Assembly (NCBI GenBank): GCA_001793095.1
Contig: MGHG01000005.1
Coordinates: 6,569 to 70,568, forward strand
DNA length: 64,000 bases
DNA from: Candidatus Woesebacteria bacterium RIFCSPLOWO2_01_FULL_39_23
GTDB lineage: Bacteria; Patescibacteriota; Microgenomatia; UBA8517
Reading direction: 5' to 3'
Under the pieces are notes generated by a model that had not been told where the DNA came from, did no database searches, and saw nothing but the letters and a program-made list of their open reading frames with translations. Within the stretch, counting starts at the first letter, position 1. Every line of letters begins with the position of its first letter. Shown here piece by piece: positions 59,513 to 64,000 of the stretch. Position numbers and translations under genes: made by a program.

Positions 59513-60775
59513 ATGGGGCTATTTATTGAAGCACGAGAGCGGGTAGCTTATGATCGTGTACCTGAAATCAAAGAAACAGAAACACAATTTAGGAGATATG
59601 CGGGGGCAACATGGAACGGGATTGAAGAAGCAAGTAGGACAAAGACGGGATTTATAGATGACCAGATAATTCCAACAAATGGTGAGTATTTACTAAGTGG
59701 AGAAACCTCAATTACAAATATGGGCTTAGTTCTACCATGCACTATTGCAGCTTCTGAGTTGGGACTGTTAAAGGAATCTGCAAGCGAAAGTTTGGACAAG
59801 AGCATATCGGAAATAGAACACCTACCCCGAACTAAAAAGAGATTTTTATATACGTGGTATGACACAGAAAATGGCCAAGGACTTAATAATAGCAAAAAAA
59901 GCGGGGATCCCTGGCCTCTCGTGTCAACAGTGGATACGGCGTGGTTATTAGCGGGATTAATGACTGCACGACAAGCATACCCCGAATTTAAGGAGCGTGT
60001 TGATAAAATAATGAGGTCGGTAAATGTCCCGTTTTTGTATGATAAGAAGAAGGGGTTATTTTGGGGTGTATACGATGGAGTGAGGAATAAACCGACCGGT
60101 TTTCACTATGATTTACTAGCTTCTGAGGCGAGAATGATGACTTACATAGCTATGCAAGAATACGGTATTCCCACAGAAGCATATTTTAAATTAGGCAGAG
60201 AAGGTGTAGGAAAAAGCAGGTCAGAAAGTGGCGGAAAACAAAAATTAATGAGCTCGGGCGGCGGCGCCTTGGAAATATTATCTCCAAGACTTCTCGTACC
60301 GGAGGGAGAATGGAGCGAGTTGGGTCTGAATATTCTCCAAAAGAGATTTGTAGACTGTATGGTAAGAGGTAATCCAAAGATGGGATCAGGAGGTTATAAG
60401 TCGCCATGTGAGGAGGGGGGAGTTTACGGGGAACACGGTATAGGAGAATTTAGCCTAAACAACCCCTGTACGGGAGAGACTGAAACGCCGGTTGCGGCCT
60501 TTTTAGGGCTGTCTATACAACCTGAGAAAATACCCAAATTTCTGTCTCGTATTGAGTGGGAGATTCCGGGTGTATATCGTGAAGATTTGGGTTTCGCGGC
60601 CTCCTTCAACCGCAAAAATAGGACTGCTTCCAAGGCCAGACTGGCTGTTGACTCCGAGATGATATTTTTAGCAATAGCAAATCACGTGCTTGACGGGAAA
60701 ATACAGAAATTATTTGCCCCTCAAGTGGAGGCAACCGTTAAACCTTTACTGGCATCGGAGAACTACTGTGAGTGA
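59513..60775 (+). CDS. hypothetical protein (possible alpha/alpha-toroid glycosidase-like fold)
   Basis: 420-aa ORF; weak resemblance to DUF3131/six-hairpin glycosidases; assignment tentative. Confidence 0.35.
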   Translation: MGLFIEARERVAYDRVPEIKETETQFRRYAGATWNGIEEASRTKTGFIDDQIIPTNGEYLLSGETSITNMGLVLPCTIAASELGLLKESASESLDKSISEIEHLPRTKKRFLYTWYDTENGQGLNNSKKSGDPWPLVSTVDTAWLLAGLMTARQAYPEFKERVDKIMRSVNVPFLYDKKKGLFWGVYDGVRNKPTGFHYDLLASEARMMTYIAMQEYGIPTEAYFKLGREGVGKSRSESGGKQKLMSSGGGALEILSPRLLVPEGEWSELGLNILQKRFVDCMVRGNPKMGSGGYKSPCEEGGVYGEHGIGEFSLNNPCTGETETPVAAFLGLSIQPEKIPKFLSRIEWEIPGVYREDLGFAASFNRKNRTASKARLAVDSEMIFLAIANHVLDGKIQKLFAPQVEATVKPLLASENYCE

Positions 60776-60884
60776 GATCAGTATTATTCGCAATCCAATC
60801 TCGAAGCTAGTATCCCGGAGGAGTACTTCGGCGAGCTCAATGCGAGCTGAAAAGCTGAAGAGTCCAGCTGCCGGAGTAAAAATT

Positions 60885-61391
60885 TTAAAGCAGAGATAAG
60901 GTAAACCAGGGCAAATCGTAATCGTGAGTAAATTTCAACCCTTGCAGTTCATTTGTATCTATTCCAAGTGCATCTAATATACCAGTAATATCTTTCTTTA
61001 AAACAGAATGTGGAACCAAACAACTATTACTGATTCTATGAGAATAAACTACAATTTTTTTCCACTCAGAATCTCTTGTCCTCTCAAGAAATAGTCTGTA
61101 ACCCCTATCCTTGATTTGAGCGTCAACATAGAGGCCATTACCTTGGTCATCAGGTTCTCCGAACCCAGTATGTAGTAAACCGCTATACCCAAGGCTCCGC
61201 GCCTTTTTCCAAATTTCGGAAGGTGGATAATATCTATCTAAAGTAATTTTACCCAATCTTTTACCTTTACATGCATACACACCTTCGATGCTTATTCCTT
61301 GAAGATCAATGAAATATTCGCTAATGATATTAGAAGCTATAAACGTAAATAGAAAAATGACTACCAATATACGGAAAACTTTCTTGAACAC
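60885..61391 (-). CDS. hypothetical secreted protein
   Basis: 168 aa; N-terminal TM/signal. Confidence 0.35.
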   Translation of the reverse strand: MFKKVFRILVVIFLFTFIASNIISEYFIDLQGISIEGVYACKGKRLGKITLDRYYPPSEIWKKARSLGYSGLLHTGFGEPDDQGNGLYVDAQIKDRGYRLFLERTRDSEWKKIVVYSHRISNSCLVPHSVLKKDITGILDALGIDTNELQGLKFTHDYDLPWFTLSLL

Positions 61392-61485
61392 AATACCTAA
61401 TAATATATTTTGCTTGACTTTGTGTCGACTACTTAGAAATCGGGAGTCTAAGAATCTCAGAATCAGGGAGCACTGACTCTGTAAT

Positions 61486-62088
61486 TTGGAGATTTATTAC
61501 TGTTTGTCTATAATACGCTTCGTGAGACCAGAACTAATATTTCATCGCACAAAAACAACCCTGAACAGATTGGTATCGGGCGAGATTTTTGATCAACGAG
61601 AGCTACATAAACTTGGAGTGCAACATGTGGGTTTAGTTACCCACCCTGAAAATCCAGAAGTGGTGTACGAAAGAATCATTTTAGGAACTTCTATTCCGGA
61701 CACTCAAAGAACAGTTTTTAATAAAACTTTTGAGGGGGATGTAATGCATTTAACTCCAGATCCACGCGGTGTCACGGGGAGTGTGGGATTTATTGATTTT
61801 GTTGAAGTTACAAACCGATACGGAAGTCGAGATCTTCAGAAAAGATATGGTAAAGAGATCCATATAACTTATGCGGGTGTTGAGGTTGGGCAGCGTGGCC
61901 AAATTGCAAATATAAGGCTTTTTGAGGCAATAAAATTAATAGCAAAGAAACGTGGCGTGACTTACATTAGTGCCGAGGTTCACAGTAGTAGATTCCGAGA
62001 ACTTTTCCCAATATTTAAAAGGCTGGGTTTTAAAGAAGGAACAACCCTAAACGATGGCCGTGTCAAAATTTCCTGCGAACTTGTGTAA
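61486..62088 (+). CDS. hypothetical protein (possible GNAT-like)
   Basis: 200-aa ORF; QRGQIANIRLFEAIKLIAKKRG resembles GNAT motif A weakly. Confidence 0.3.
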   Translation: MEIYYCLSIIRFVRPELIFHRTKTTLNRLVSGEIFDQRELHKLGVQHVGLVTHPENPEVVYERIILGTSIPDTQRTVFNKTFEGDVMHLTPDPRGVTGSVGFIDFVEVTNRYGSRDLQKRYGKEIHITYAGVEVGQRGQIANIRLFEAIKLIAKKRGVTYISAEVHSSRFRELFPIFKRLGFKEGTTLNDGRVKISCELV

Positions 62089-62274
62089 CGGGGGGGGTAA
62101 TTGGATTTTGGTCCAATAGATCCTTAGATCTCACTTTCATTTTGTAGCATCTTGATCCCCTCATATCTCGTTATTATAACTCCAATCTCAATCGGATTAT
62201 TAAATATCTCGATTATTCTTTCTAAAGATTTTATAATATCGTAAGTGCTAGGGAGCTTTTGGCTTTGGAGTTTG

Positions 62275-62601
62275 TTATGAATTCTCTGAAATATCGGTAA
62301 CGGGTTTAGGAAGTGGTCTTTTCTCATTAATCATTAGCTTTTCTATAAATGCTTTTTCAAGGTCAATCCCCTTTAATTCACATAACCGTAATAAATTCCA
62401 AAAAACATCAACTACTTCATGATTTAAATCATCTTTACTTTGCTTTTCTCTAACAGCTTCAAAAACTTCTCCCACCTCTTCTCCAATCCTAAGAAGCACT
62501 TCCGTTTCATCCTTGGGATAAAAACCACGACGTTTTAACTGGTCTACCATTAATCTCTGTAATTCATTTATTGTTTTTGACATTATGTTTAATTGTACCA
62601 C
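62275..62601 (-). CDS. mazG: MazG-like nucleotide pyrophosphohydrolase
   Basis: 108 aa; EEVGEVFEAVRE...EVVDVFWNLLRLCE (EExxE...ExxD) motifs. Confidence 0.65.
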   Translation of the reverse strand: MVQLNIMSKTINELQRLMVDQLKRRGFYPKDETEVLLRIGEEVGEVFEAVREKQSKDDLNHEVVDVFWNLLRLCELKGIDLEKAFIEKLMINEKRPLPKPVTDISENS

Positions 62602-62926
62602 CGGTCAACTCAAGGCGACAATGGATTGTTTCTGCAACTTCTTTATCTCCCCCCACCCAATTCTTAAAACCTCCACTTCAATGGGGCTTTCAAAGACTGA
62701 AATGATTTTGTTTAAGGCTGGTATAAACTCCACCAACTCGGGTTTACAACTCTTCGTCAGTTATTTTGATCTCCCAAAATGTTATTTCTAGATACGCATT
62801 AGAGTAATTTGGGTATAAGAATTCCCCGCCCGCTTCGATATGCGAAGCATTTCGGGCAGGCAGAGCTGGGGAGCTCATTTCTACGGATTTCTTCAGATTT
62901 AGGACTTTTGATATACTGCAAATGAG

Positions 62927-63562
62927 ATGCCCAAAAGCATATATCAACACTACCAACAACTGCTTCAGGAGTATGGTGACCCTGTAAATTATTGGCCTCA
63001 GTGGTGCGCTAAGAGCAAATCCACAGAAGAGCGGGAGAAAGTTATTATTGGGATGGTTTTGGTTCAGAGAACTAGCTGGCACAATGCTGACATTGCCCTA
63101 AAAAATCTTAAAAAAGAAAACCTTCTGTCTATTGATGGAATAGCGAAGCTTAAAAATTTGGACCAGCTTACTCAACTTATTCGTCCGGCGGGTTTTTATC
63201 AATCTAAACCTCAGCGCCTTTTTGATATTTGTACCTTTGTTGTCAATCAAGGTGGAATAAAAGGACTCATGAAAAAGGATGTCAAAGATATTCGCCAATG
63301 GCTTCTTAACATTAAAGGTGTGGGTCAGGAAACTGCCGATACAATCCTTTTATATGCATTAGACAAGCCTGTTTTTATTATTGATGAATATACCCGCCGT
63401 TGGGTTGAGAAAGAAGGTTTAATTAAAGAGAAAGACTATTCTAAACTGCAGCAATTTTTCCACATAAATTTAAAGTCAAATCTAAATAACTATCAGAATT
63501 TCCACACCCTTATAATTGTGAGCCAACGAGGTAGGGAAAAGTCAGTAATGGAAGTTGTATAA
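62927..63562 (+). CDS. HhH-GPD superfamily DNA glycosylase (endonuclease III/AlkA-like)
   Basis: 211 aa; LNIKGVGQETADTILLYALDKPVFIIDEYTRRW helix-hairpin-helix + Gly/Pro-rich loop + catalytic Asp. Confidence 0.65.
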   Translation: MPKSIYQHYQQLLQEYGDPVNYWPQWCAKSKSTEEREKVIIGMVLVQRTSWHNADIALKNLKKENLLSIDGIAKLKNLDQLTQLIRPAGFYQSKPQRLFDICTFVVNQGGIKGLMKKDVKDIRQWLLNIKGVGQETADTILLYALDKPVFIIDEYTRRWVEKEGLIKEKDYSKLQQFFHINLKSNLNNYQNFHTLIIVSQRGREKSVMEVV

Positions 63563-63569
63563 TCAGTTC

Positions 63570-63731
63570 ATGAGGTGTCCTAAATGTGATACAGAAATGG
63601 TTTTGAAGAAGAAAGATAACAGTTTTAATTTTGATGTAAAACCAAAGAAAAAGTACGAAAGAAGTATGTATTGGTGCGAGAAAGATGATATTTGGATCAG
63701 TATTGAAACTCCTGTAGGGGAAAATAGATAG
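63570..63731 (+). CDS. small zinc-ribbon protein (unlisted 53-aa ORF)
   Basis: MRCPKCDTEMVLKKKDNSFNFDVKPKKKYERSMYWCEKDDIWISIETPVGENR; CPxC...WC pattern. Confidence 0.3.
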   Translation: MRCPKCDTEMVLKKKDNSFNFDVKPKKKYERSMYWCEKDDIWISIETPVGENR

Positions 63732-64000
63732 AAAATCTTCTTGAAAGAAAGGCCACATGTTTACTTTTCAAAAAATCAGTAATACAATCCGGGTATGACG
63801 ATTGAAAAACTAAAAAACAAATTTCCCTGGAATGTCATCGTCAAGATAGAAGAATTTATTAACGGTGGTTATCCTGTCGAAATAACCAGAGAGCCAATAT
63901 GGGAATCTTATGTAAAAGAGGATGGGACCAAGGGTTTCCGTCCTACAAAAGGAACCAGAATTAAATATAATAGTCCGGGTTCAGATATGTAGCAAGCTCT

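Noticed and set aside
62744-63082. 112-aa minus ORF
   Set aside because: Overlaps the 5' part of the HhH-GPD glycosylase on the opposite strand; no support.

Overview
This 64 kb window is low-GC (roughly 38-40%), gene-dense and uses the standard genetic code. Its gene content resembles a small-genome Patescibacteria/CPR-like bacterium; that assignment is inference.

What the window contains:
- Most coding is on the minus strand and is housekeeping.
- FtsH is cut at the window edge, followed by TrpRS.
- A nrdR-nrdJ-nrdJ operon carries two tandem class II (B12-dependent) ribonucleotide reductases. A PduO-type cobalamin adenosyltransferase sits nearby, and a DUF4430 + ECF S-component pair is a possible B12-uptake module.
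- Two class A PBPs (GT51+TP) bracket a block of paralogous exported proteins that share an unusual N-terminal anchor motif, plus a HicBA pair.
- A sugar-phosphate block has class I FBA, a PfkB kinase, a split transketolase, LOG, Rpe, GAPDH, PGK, RpiB and an archaeal-type TIM.
- Other calls are BrnTA, an AbiEii-like nucleotidyltransferase, MazG, an HhH-GPD glycosylase, a VIT-family transporter, a cupredoxin and a CPBP protease.

RNA genes I could read directly:
- a tmRNA (ssrA) with its own sigma70-like promoter;
- tRNA(CAU);
- tRNA(UAU);
- a tRNA-Asn(GUU) interrupted by a 218-nt group I intron in the anticodon loop.

The most unusual features:
- Two paralogous HTH + LAGLIDADG-like genes each sit immediately upstream of a tRNA locus.
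- Two 5'-half tRNA-like fragments are fused directly upstream of complete tRNAs.
- A VirD4/TraG-like coupling ATPase has small membrane partners.
- An exported-protein family has a conserved KGF...GIGYYAYKNGQ signal-anchor repeated at nucleotide level.
- A GC-rich structured element and a 26-bp perfect palindrome lie between rpiB and tpi.
- A GC-rich, differently codon-biased insert (DUF4256 + neighbour) sits next to a duplicated gene-start fragment.

I found no CRISPR array, reverse transcriptase or intein.
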